Shown: in pieces, positions 20,743 to 29,272 of the stretch
Layout of the letters: each line of letters starts with the position of its first letter
Position numbering within the stretch: position 1 is the first letter of the stretch
Virus record (IMG/VR): IMGVR_UViG_2061766007_000856
Origin: an uncultured virus (IMG/VR IMGVR_UViG_2061766007_000856)
Lineage: Duplodnaviria > Heunggongvirae > Uroviricota > Caudoviricetes
Reading direction: 5' to 3' (one strand)
DNA: 38,776 bases
Translations under genes and position numbers: made by a program
The notes under the pieces: generated by a model
Told to the model about the DNA's origin: nothing
Seen by the model: only the letters and a program-made list of their open reading frames with translations
Database searches by the model: none

Positions 20743-23604
20743 CTCGAACAGACGGCCAAGTATCTGGGCGACAGAGACATGCCACTGTTCTTCCCAGTCG
20801 GCATGGAATAGCTGCAGGAGGCGTTCCGGGCACTTCTCGCCACTATAACAGATGATTGAGACACCGTAGCGGTCATCGGCCTTCTTGATGAACTTCATCT
20901 TGTCACCGGCATAGATAGGCTCATACGGCTCCTGGGTAAGAACGGGGTCATTTTCAATCAGGTAGTTCCACACAGAAGCAGCCCTGCGGCGCCAGTCGAT
21001 ATCCTTGATTTCGGAACGCGGCATCGTTATCATCTTCAAGTACGGGAGGGGTTCTTCCTTCATACCGGAAGGACATGCGATGTAGGAGTAGTTGCCGGCA
21101 TTGACAGCCTCGAAGAATTCCTTCTTCATGACAAGCAGCCTACGGCGCACCTCGTCCCTGTCCATGGTTTTCAGCATCAGCTTCACCATGTCGAGCATAC
21201 GCTCCCTACTGAACAAGGTGGTAGAACTACGCACGATTTCAAGACCGGTAATAGCAAAATGCGGTTCGAGTTCAAGCGTACCCGGTACCCACTTGCCATC
21301 TTCGCCTTTATGGCCAAGGTCGAGGTACACGATATCTTCGTTGGATTCAGCTTCGCAGATGTACTTCTTTTTCGCAGTAACGATTGCCTTGTAAATGCAC
21401 TTTTCACGCTTCAAGAACAATTCGTTGGTCAGGTAGTTCCATTTCTTCGCATACGCAAGCATGTACTCATCCAGCTTCTCTTCAAGCATGGCAGCATCCA
21501 TAATGCGGCAGAAATCCGTGAGGCGGAAACGGTTATAAATCACACGATAGCGCTTACCCATGACGATGCCATCATGGAACATAATCTGCACCTTCGTAAG
21601 GCCAGTCTTCTTGTCCACCGAACGGTTCTCCGGGTCATGCCAGACATCATGCAGATACTGGTTGCAAGCCGCGTTGAACAATTTCTTGGATTCAAGAATA
21701 TGATCATTGTCGAAGCCCTGGCGGAAGATTTCCTTGTGGCCGTCAAATACGATAACCTCAACACCGGAGCCGGCCTTGGCGCCGAATTCCTTGAAAATAT
21801 CGCCAATCTTGCAATAGAACGAGTCGGTATCACCATGTGACATGCGGCGATAAAGAATCTGGCCATCCTCGTCCTTTGTAGTTCCAAGGAACGAAGGATC
21901 AATAGTCGGCTTGTAACCAAAGGCATCATAGAACCGCTGGTCGTTGACAAGTTCTTCATTGAGATACTTGGCAAGTTGAGCAATAGTAAACTTGATGAGC
22001 CGTTGACCGTAACCGGTAATGGAAGCGGCATTATCGACATCATAGAACGGGAAGAAGTTGGAACCAAGAAGACCATACAGAGAGTTGCCAAGGACCTTAT
22101 AGACCTTTTGCATCATATCGTATATGTCCTTCATTTCCATGTCGCCAGCCTTTTCAGCGGCTTTCTTCTTGTTTTTCAGCTTCGCACGACCGTCAAACAG
22201 CTTTCTCGTAACCTGAGGAACAATGCCTTCCTTGTCACGACGGAAATATACCTTGTACTGCCCATTATGTGTCCACGGACTCTCGATGAGCTTGTCCTTC
22301 TCTTCCGGAGTAAGCACGTAATCAATCGGCTTGATGACCTTGGTTTCCGGCGAGGTGTTGAAGGTCATCATAATGGACGGATACAGGGAACGATAGTCAT
22401 AAGAGACCAAGAATTCATAATATCCGGGAATGGAATACACGAATGCACCCGGGTATTCTTCCTTATTCTTGGCTTGCATCGGAGGGAATACAAGATGCTG
22501 TTCGTGAAGCATGTTCATCACGAACCCGACAAGCATCTTCTTGGATTCAAATACTGAAGAGAATGGTACGCGAGCTTCCGAAGCAGCCATGACGGCAAGC
22601 TGGAACATGCGCACCTTCAATTCAATCTTTTTCAGCAGTCTAACGTCCTGGAAGTTATACAGGATGAACTCATCCCAGTAGTTCTTCCATGACTTGTAGC
22701 CATCGGGCAACGGAGCCTTGTGCTCACCGACAACAAGACCACCAATGTAGTCAAGTTTGTATGACGGTTCTTCCGAGAAAGTGTACTTGCGGTAGAGAGC
22801 AAGGAAGTCAATAACTTCCGTACCGGCAATCTGCAGGTTGCCCTCGCGGTCAAAGTAGGCCTTCTGGAACTGGCCCGGAAGCCTGGACATGAGCTTCAAG
22901 TCCACCTTCAACTTGGCGGCACGGTTCACCATGTAAGTGGTATCGTACGAGAAGTTCCATCCCGACAGAATATCGACCTGGTTACGCCCAATCTCTGAAA
23001 AAAGTTTTTCAAGGAGTTCCTTTTCCGTATAACATAGGACATAATGGCCATTTTCCTTAGCCATTTCCTCCTTGACATAATCAGATACATCACGTCCAAG
23101 ACCATACGTCACATAATGGTCAGTCTTGGAAAAATAGACCGTAACACAGTTAATCGGATATTCAGCACGGTGGGCAGCAGGAAAGCGACCCACCGTCTCC
23201 ACTTCAATATCGAGGAAGCATAGATTGATTTTCTTCATGTCAGGCTTCAACATGCCTGACTTTGCATAATGCTTCTGTAGGAAACGAGCCCTTGGGTCAA
23301 TATCAATTTCGGATAGGTGGTTATTCGGACCCATCGTACGCTTTCGGATGTCCTGTTCCACCTTGGATTTACACGTAACCGAATACATCTCCCTGCCATA
23401 GATATCCTTCATACCGCAGGGAATCGAGTTGTACTCGCCTCGATTAGGCGTATAAAATGTATTGGAAATTACCTTGGTTTCCAACTTTCCGGTATCGTAC
23501 CAAAGAAATAACTGGTCAGTATCCCTATCATGATAAATTGCAGTCCACATCGGATGGACTTCTTGGGAGTCTGCAACCTTATTATTTTCTAACACCAATG
23601 ACAT
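20743..23604 (-). CDS. Family B DNA polymerase (T4 gp43-like) with 3'-5' exonuclease; C-terminus truncated at gap
   Basis: ExoI LDIEVE, ExoII GWNFSYD, ExoIII YNFQDV, motif A DYRSLYPS, motif B KVLGNSLYG, motif C HGDTDS, KKKY, GLEIVRSS; exact start uncertain. Confidence 0.96.
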
Positions 23605-23611
23605 TTCGTTT

Positions 23612-23627
23612 GGAAATATAGCAAAAA
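23612..23627 (-). promoter_or_regulatory. Putative host-RNAP (early) promoter TTTTTGCTATATTTCC (extended -10 TGnTATATT)
   Basis: Identical 16-mer upstream of the helicase (38211-38226); variant upstream of the SSB gene. Confidence 0.6.
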
Positions 23628-23649
23628 ATCCACCCAATGGGTGGATTTT
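23622..23649 (-). terminator. Intrinsic terminator after the 374-aa gene
   Basis: aaaatccaccc-att-gggtggatttt plus T tract on the minus strand. Confidence 0.8.
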
Positions 23650-23670
23650 CACATTTTTTTCTTTCAGCGA

Positions 23671-24795
23671 CTAGGTAAGCGAAATGCCTTCTCTGTTCTT
23701 AAGCTGGTTTCGCGTCGGCATCGAGCCATCGGTGCCATTATTGAAGGCACTGTCAGCATCCTGAGCCTTGCGCTTAACCAAGTGAATCATGCGGTTAGCG
23801 ACTTCCTGCGGGGTCTTGCCCGCATTGAGTTCGTCACAGATTTCGCCAAGGTCTAGACCCTTTGCGTGCTGTGGACCAATTTTCTTGGCGACAGCGTCAT
23901 AAACCTTCTGGGCGGTTTCCTGAACAGATTCCATCACGGCAACGGATTCGGTAACCGAAATGCCTTCCCTGTTCTTAAGCTGGTTTCGGGTCGGCATCGG
24001 GCCGTCAACACCATTATTGAAGGCGCTATCGGCATCCTGGGCCTTGCGCTTAACCAAGTGGATCATGCGGTTTGCGACTTCCTGCGGGGTCTTGCCTGCA
24101 TTGAGTTCGTCGCAGATTTCGCCAAGGTCGAGGCCCTTTGCGTGCTGCGGGCCAATTTTCTTGGCAACGGCATCATAAACCTTCTGAGCGGTTTCCTGAA
24201 CAGATTCCATCATGGCAGCCGATTCGAACTGAGCCTTGAAAACCTTTTCAGCTTCGGCGAGAACAAGATCAGCAGCACGACGAGAAGCTTCGTCAACTAC
24301 AAGGCTTTCGATGAAAGTCTTGAACTTCTTCTGCTTCTTGGCCGTTTCGGCAAAGTGCTTTTCCTTGTCAGCAGCAGAACGGTTTGATGCAGCAGCAGAC
24401 TTAGCCTTGCTGTCGAAGTTCTTGACCTGAGGTGCCGGTTTAGCCTTCTCTCCATCAGATTCCTGCTTGGATTCAACCACCTGGCCCTTCTTCTTGGACA
24501 GTTCAACATTGGTGATTTCAGTCACCTGGCCGTCCTTCTTCTTTTCTTCGACAGTGTCATTCTTGGTGATTGGCTTGGCAGAACCCGTGTTGGCAGTCTT
24601 AGCCTTATTGACCTTCTTGCTGTCGCTGGTCCACTTGCTGAAGTCAACCTTCACGTCATCAAAGACAGCCATCGATTCAACGATGGGTTTTGCACCACGA
24701 CGAACCGCTGTGTACTGGCTTTCATTGATGGGTTCCTGGGAAATCCTTTCGATTTCCTTCATGATTTCTACATCTTGGTCTATAGAGTATCCCAT
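23671..24795 (-). CDS. Probable head internal / prohead-core precursor (374 aa) with a C-terminal tandem duplication
   Basis: AAGGA SD; TATAAACT at 24830-24837; many x-x-E-S motifs; two ~85-aa near-identical units. Confidence 0.8.
   Translation of the reverse strand: MGYSIDQDVEIMKEIERISQEPINESQYTAVRRGAKPIVESMAVFDDVKVDFSKWTSDSKKVNKAKTANTGSAKPITKNDTVEEKKKDGQVTEITNVELSKKKGQVVESKQESDGEKAKPAPQVKNFDSKAKSAAASNRSAADKEKHFAETAKKQKKFKTFIESLVVDEASRRAADLVLAEAEKVFKAQFESAAMMESVQETAQKVYDAVAKKIGPQHAKGLDLGEICDELNAGKTPQEVANRMIHLVKRKAQDADSAFNNGVDGPMPTRNQLKNREGISVTESVAVMESVQETAQKVYDAVAKKIGPQHAKGLDLGEICDELNAGKTPQEVANRMIHLVKRKAQDADSAFNNGTDGSMPTRNQLKNREGISLT
23677..24210 (-). repeat. Tandem in-frame duplication, 276-nt period (92 codons)
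   Basis: MESVQETAQKVYDAVAKKIG...RNQLKNREGIS occurs twice; gcggtttcctgaacagattccatca at 23912 and 24188. Confidence 0.95.
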
Positions 24796-24829
24796 GTTAA
24801 ATCCTTTTGGACATTTTTCTTATGCTGAA

Positions 24830-24837
24830 AGTTTATA
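24830..24837 (-). promoter_or_regulatory. Putative late promoter TATAAACT
   Basis: Exact motif ~35 nt upstream of ATG 24795; divergent TATAAATC variant at 24872-24879 on +. Confidence 0.6.
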
Positions 24838-24907
24838 GTACAGTGAAAAAATATTTATAGTCCAATTGCGATATAAATCTATATCCGACATCAAAAAGGC
24901 ATCAAAT

Positions 24908-25537
24908 ATGGAACTTAACGTCCCCACATCAGGTTCAGTAAGTCACGAATCCCCCGCAGTTACCCAACTCCACGACGACACTAAGGTACCTATCAGCGAA
25001 ATCAAGGCAAAGTTGCATGACAAGATCATGGAGCTCAACCAGAAACGTCTGAAAACGCCATCCGAAGTCCCGTTTGGGAACACAACTGCCGACATGAAGG
25101 AACAGAGCTACAAGGAAGTGGAAGACGAACTGCTCCATCCGGAAGAAAACCAGACCGAACAGGATGAAGAATTCAAAAATTTCTTTGGCGACAGCTATCC
25201 AGGTTCAGAAGCATTTGCAGCCCCAGCTGATGATAACGAAATGCTTGGCGGTAGTGGTGATTTTGGTGGCGGTGACTTCGGCGGTGGCGACTTCGGGGGC
25301 GGAATAGACAACAACGCCATGGGTTTCAGCGATGAAGACATGAGCTCCCTTAACGATACCGCCAATAACGCATTTGACGATTTCACCGCGGAAGATGGTG
25401 CAGAAACGGCAAGTGACGTGAACAACATTTCGGCGGAAGAACCCGGTGGTGAGGAAGTCGGAACCGATACAGCAACCGACAATGCGGATGAAACACCCGT
25501 CGATACGGATGAAACACCCGTCGAAGAACCGGCATAA
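24908..25537 (+). CDS. Highly acidic low-complexity protein (~209 aa) with GGGDF and DETPV repeats
   Basis: ATG 24908 with AAGG SD; divergent from the 374-aa gene; followed by hairpins. Confidence 0.75.
   Translation: MELNVPTSGSVSHESPAVTQLHDDTKVPISEIKAKLHDKIMELNQKRLKTPSEVPFGNTTADMKEQSYKEVEDELLHPEENQTEQDEEFKNFFGDSYPGSEAFAAPADDNEMLGGSGDFGGGDFGGGDFGGGIDNNAMGFSDEDMSSLNDTANNAFDDFTAEDGAETASDVNNISAEEPGGEEVGTDTATDNADETPVDTDETPVEEPA
25485..25524. repeat. 19-nt direct repeat with 21-nt period (DETPV x2)
   Basis: cggatgaaacacccgtcga at 25485-25503 and 25506-25524. Confidence 0.9.
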
Positions 25538-25541
25538 GAAT

Positions 25542-25572
25542 AAAAAATAAGCGGTGCAAATACACCGCTTAT
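25542..25572 (-). terminator. Intrinsic terminator for the minus-strand beta-clamp-like gene
   Basis: ataagcggtg-6nt-caccgcttat with A tract on the left. Confidence 0.75.
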
Positions 25573-25587
25573 CCCATCTATTGACAC

Positions 25588-25618
25588 ATAATCGTTGCAT
25601 TTGCAACGATTATTTTTA
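25588..25618 (+). terminator. Intrinsic terminator for the plus-strand acidic gene
   Basis: ataatcgttgca-tt-tgcaacgattat followed by T tract. Confidence 0.7.
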
Positions 25619-26746
25619 TTTACCAAGATAATACACCTTTCTAGCAAACAGCTGGTTGCTGAAACAGAGCATCATTTTGTCATCCGGGCCCAACTTCAAT
25701 AGCAGATTCTTGCAGTTGCAGTTGCGGATCATAATCGTAATGATATCCATCGACAACTCAACCGACTTTTCCAGATTGAACATATGGACTTCGCCCATGG
25801 TCACAGTTGCACCATAGCGGCCCTCCACCTTGAACTCGATAGAAGCATGTCCTTCATCCACCGGGGTAATCTTGACAATGGCACTCGGGTTCTTGTAGTT
25901 CACTCGATAAATCGTGTCAATGGTAGCAATCATCGCGGCGGTATCAAACTTCATGTAGTCGGTCATCCCTTCGGATGACATTGCCGGAAATTCCGGTTCC
26001 TTGTAGGAATAATCAATACGCATGACTTCACCGGCAATGCGAAGACGCTTATTCTTGTAGTCAAGATTAAGGGTACATTCCTGGGAAACTTCAAGCATCG
26101 GGATGATACGGAAAAGGTCGCATGGAATCCTAATTGCAAAATCCGGAAGGTCCTTGTTCACTTCAACGCCATCATGCCCAGAAAGGGAAGCAACGACAGT
26201 GGCGAGAACAACCTTGTCCTTGCCGGAACGGTAAGAAAGCAACCCTTCATGGCGGTGAATTTCCATCCATTCAAAGTCAAACGAGCTGTCCGTCACGATG
26301 GAGAATGAACCCTGTTCAATCTTGATTGTTTCATCAATGCTGTCCCCCATATCGTCATATTCGAACGGCTCAACAGGCTCACAGTAGCATTCAAGTTCAA
26401 ACCCTTCAAAGTCTTCATTAAAGGACGACGCTACATAAAGGCGCCCGCCATCCACCCAAAGGGTGACGTTGTTTTCCTGGGAAACTTCTCGGCATAGTTC
26501 GCAGAAATCATGCAAATTGACCCAGGCATCACAATCAAGGAGTTCGGACTTCAATGTGGAGTCTGTGTTTACATAGACACCATGTTCAGTCTGAACATGC
26601 AAAATCACAATGCCATCAGAGTCCTTGTCGGTCCAGACGTGGGCCCTCATGTTGTCATCCCTGGTCGATGAATACAGGAACGAAATCGCGGAACGGAACC
26701 TAGTGGCGGTATTAAACATTACAAGAGATGGAGTTTTTTCTGACAT
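25616..26746 (-). CDS. Divergent DNA polymerase III beta-clamp (DnaN)-like protein (~376 aa)
   Basis: Length of a three-domain beta clamp; acidic; segments FAIRIPCDLFRII, YSYKEPEFP, MKFDTAAMIATI, VELSMDIITIMIRN resemble the beta-clamp pattern; ATG 26746 with GAGG SD. Confidence 0.6.
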   Translation of the reverse strand: MSEKTPSLVMFNTATRFRSAISFLYSSTRDDNMRAHVWTDKDSDGIVILHVQTEHGVYVNTDSTLKSELLDCDAWVNLHDFCELCREVSQENNVTLWVDGGRLYVASSFNEDFEGFELECYCEPVEPFEYDDMGDSIDETIKIEQGSFSIVTDSSFDFEWMEIHRHEGLLSYRSGKDKVVLATVVASLSGHDGVEVNKDLPDFAIRIPCDLFRIIPMLEVSQECTLNLDYKNKRLRIAGEVMRIDYSYKEPEFPAMSSEGMTDYMKFDTAAMIATIDTIYRVNYKNPSAIVKITPVDEGHASIEFKVEGRYGATVTMGEVHMFNLEKSVELSMDIITIMIRNCNCKNLLLKLGPDDKMMLCFSNQLFARKVYYLGK

Positions 26747-26772
26747 ACTTAACCTCATTCGAAAACTACATC

Positions 26773-26797
26773 AAAAAGGCGCCCCAATGGGACGCCT
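26773..26797 (-). terminator. Intrinsic terminator after the 505-aa gene
   Basis: Minus strand aggcgtccc-att-ggggcgcct-tttt. Confidence 0.75.
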
Positions 26798-26818
26798 CTT
26801 TTACTCAGGAGGAATAGA

Positions 26819-28336
26819 TTAATAAATATTGTCCAGAGCGGCAAGGTCGAAGTCTACGTTGTCATTTCCTTCGTCACCCTCGCCTTCCTTCATTTCGGTT
26901 CCCGGCTCGCCAAACAAGTTATTAGCCCTATCCATCATGTCACCGGTGTCGCCAGTGCCACCATTCGGATCGCCAATCTGGGCATTCGGGTCAAAGCCAA
27001 CACCAGTACCGGTCGGGTCATCACCCGGCATGCGCATAGCGGCTGTCTGTGCATCGACATCGTTGATGCTCGTGCCGTCTTCGTTGTAAACCTCGGGGAA
27101 CCATGTACCAAGACGCTGGTCGAAGGTCTTGGGGTCAATGCCGTCTTCAAGAGCCTTAGCCATCTTGACAAGGCCATCCTTGTTAAGGGGCTGACTGCCC
27201 AATGCGGCATACTTCGGGAACTTGAGGAACGTAGGAACTGCAACCACACGCGGCTGAGCCAACGTACCGGCCCAACCATTGGCAATTTCATCCTCGTCCG
27301 GCTGAACACCCGAGCTGTCATCCTTCAAGCCCTTGGTATACGCATTCGCAATAATCTTGTTAAGCGTATCGACAGCCTTCTGAGACAGGCCAGCACCGTC
27401 ATCACCCACACCAGGGTCACAGAACGTGGTAAATTCCATGGTCTCCTTAGCACCTTCGGCTGTACCACCGGCATTGGCATTCACATCACCGGCACTCATA
27501 CCACCACCGGCATTAGGATCCATTCCAGCACCACCGTCAGCACCGCCAGCACCACCATCCGCAGGCGCAGCAAAGTCATCTGCCGTGAAATCGCCTTCAG
27601 CTTCAAGTGCAATCTTGTTGCACATGCCTAGAAGAGCATTAAGCTGCCAGTCCACGGATTCCTGTCGAACCAGCGCACTTGGACCCATTTCAGCCGTATT
27701 CAGGTTGTCAAAATCAACATCACCGAAGTTGTCGTTTCCGGCAAACCCAGTAACAGAGCCGACACCGTCAGTCATCTGGTCAAAGTCGTTGGCACGATCA
27801 CCATTCTTCACGAGGTCGATTGCCAAGCGCTTGATTACCAAGTCAAGGCGGCCTTTCAGTTCATCAGAATCCGCCGGTAACACACGCTGTGTAGTATTGC
27901 CGGTATTCTTGTCATCGAGAATGATAGTAACTTCGCCTTCATCGTTTGGCGCCATCATCTGCAATTGAATCTCATGGCCAAGACACTGCATCTTGCCGGA
28001 AGTCACCTGCTGGTCCATGACCGGCAAGTCAATCTTGCACGTCATGCCATTAGCTTCATTCAACGAGCGAAGCCTGGACTCGGTCACGACCTTGATTCCA
28101 AGGTCCTTCAAGTTCAGGTAATTCTTGTTGAGTGTAAGCGGATCGTTGTCGTATCTACGATGGTCCCACTTCGCCTTGGTCTGGTCGCCAACAGGCTTCG
28201 GGACATTCTTCGTGATAGTATCAATAAGTTCTTTCTTAGCCGGAACGACCGGACCGCTCTGGGTCTTGACATAGCTAATCTTACCCATCTTGCCCAATTT
28301 TTCCAGGAGTTCCTTACGAGATATAATAGTCGCCAC
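26819..28336 (-). CDS. Hypothetical protein (~505 aa), Gly/Asp-rich C-terminal half; probable late head/prohead protein
   Basis: GTG at 28336 with GAGG SD 6 nt upstream; TATAAACT at 28367-28374; VTES, LNEA, RQES, ALEA motifs. Confidence 0.8.
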   Translation of the reverse strand: MATIISRKELLEKLGKMGKISYVKTQSGPVVPAKKELIDTITKNVPKPVGDQTKAKWDHRRYDNDPLTLNKNYLNLKDLGIKVVTESRLRSLNEANGMTCKIDLPVMDQQVTSGKMQCLGHEIQLQMMAPNDEGEVTIILDDKNTGNTTQRVLPADSDELKGRLDLVIKRLAIDLVKNGDRANDFDQMTDGVGSVTGFAGNDNFGDVDFDNLNTAEMGPSALVRQESVDWQLNALLGMCNKIALEAEGDFTADDFAAPADGGAGGADGGAGMDPNAGGGMSAGDVNANAGGTAEGAKETMEFTTFCDPGVGDDGAGLSQKAVDTLNKIIANAYTKGLKDDSSGVQPDEDEIANGWAGTLAQPRVVAVPTFLKFPKYAALGSQPLNKDGLVKMAKALEDGIDPKTFDQRLGTWFPEVYNEDGTSINDVDAQTAAMRMPGDDPTGTGVGFDPNAQIGDPNGGTGDTGDMMDRANNLFGEPGTEMKEGEGDEGNDNVDFDLAALDNIY

Positions 28337-28391
28337 GGTTAACCTCAAAAAATCTTCTTTGGGAGAAGTTTATAAGGTAACCGTGGCGACT
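28328..28391 (-). promoter_or_regulatory. 17-bp inverted repeat enclosing a putative late promoter; downstream arm holds the SD and GTG start
   Basis: agtcgccacggttaacct (28328-28345) versus aggtaaccgtggcgact (28375-28391); TATAAACT at 28367-28374 in the loop. Confidence 0.75.
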
Positions 28392-28408
28392 TTGCTTGCT
28401 AACAGGAA

Positions 28409-29272
28409 CTAATCAACAAGTTCTTCTGCATTTTCCTCTGCGCCGGAGCATTCCACAATCATCGCATAGATGCCAATGGGGTACTGCTGGTCAAGACCCT
28501 GCAAGTTGGCAAACGACTTCAATGCGATGGAGTCGAAGTCAGCGGCCACGTAGCGAATTTCCATGTCATATTCTTCACAGCCCAGACCTTTAAGTACCGT
28601 AAAAATGGACGCAGGAATCTTACGGTATCTCTGCTTGGAGGCTTGCCCATAAGCAATCTCAATAGCCTTGCTGTCGCCCGGAAGAGTCATTGTATAGTCA
28701 ACCTTGCTAGTAATCTGCTGTCCAACACGGCCCTTGAAGTAGAACTTGACTTCGCCCTTCGGAGTCACATTCACGCTAAAGAACTGGCACCCGGGAACAA
28801 GTTTCAGCTTCTGGACATACTTTTCCAAATCCTTCTTGTTCAGCTTGATGGTGGCCAAAAGGCTCATCGGGTCAGCTTCTCGGGAAGCCGGAATCTTCGT
28901 GTCGTCTTCATTAAAGAACGACGGTTCCGCAGTAAGACTACGGGCAGTTTCAGAACCGTTGGCAAAGCGGATAAACTCATAAATATGACCAGCAATGGTT
29001 TCTTCATTGTCAACTACGATACTGCCAGTTTCCGGGTAGCCAATAAGTTCAGCAAACCGGATGAACTCGATAAACGATGACGAATTGATTTCCAGTCCAT
29101 CAAACGAAAAATCGGCGGGACCCGCGCTGATATGGATAAAGCTGTTCTCATTGTGTATGTTCAGGCAAGACTTGTCGCCATCATGGAAAAACTTGACAGT
29201 CTTAGCCTTGGTCACCAAGCACACCTGCTTGATTACATTGAAGAACGGCCTGCTAAATCTTATTTCTTGCAT
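28409..29272 (-). CDS. Sliding clamp, T4 gp45-like (287 aa)
   Basis: N-terminal IRFSRPFFNVIKQV, EFIRFAELI, TAEPSFF and IKLNKKDLEKY align by eye with gp45 (KLSKDT, GFLxILSL, AADPS, LKAEDLQQL); located in the replication operon. Confidence 0.65.
   Translation of the reverse strand: MQEIRFSRPFFNVIKQVCLVTKAKTVKFFHDGDKSCLNIHNENSFIHISAGPADFSFDGLEINSSSFIEFIRFAELIGYPETGSIVVDNEETIAGHIYEFIRFANGSETARSLTAEPSFFNEDDTKIPASREADPMSLLATIKLNKKDLEKYVQKLKLVPGCQFFSVNVTPKGEVKFYFKGRVGQQITSKVDYTMTLPGDSKAIEIAYGQASKQRYRKIPASIFTVLKGLGCEEYDMEIRYVAADFDSIALKSFANLQGLDQQYPIGIYAMIVECSGAEENAEELVD

Noticed and set aside
20733..20855. C-terminal extension of UvsX (RTDGQVSGRQ...) and of the polymerase across the gap
   Set aside because: Translation across Ns into the antisense strand of the other gene
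20743..23604. Intein or intron in the polymerase, helicase or UvsX
   Set aside because: No C/S...HN-C/S/T splice junctions or LAGLIDADG motifs; conserved motifs are contiguous
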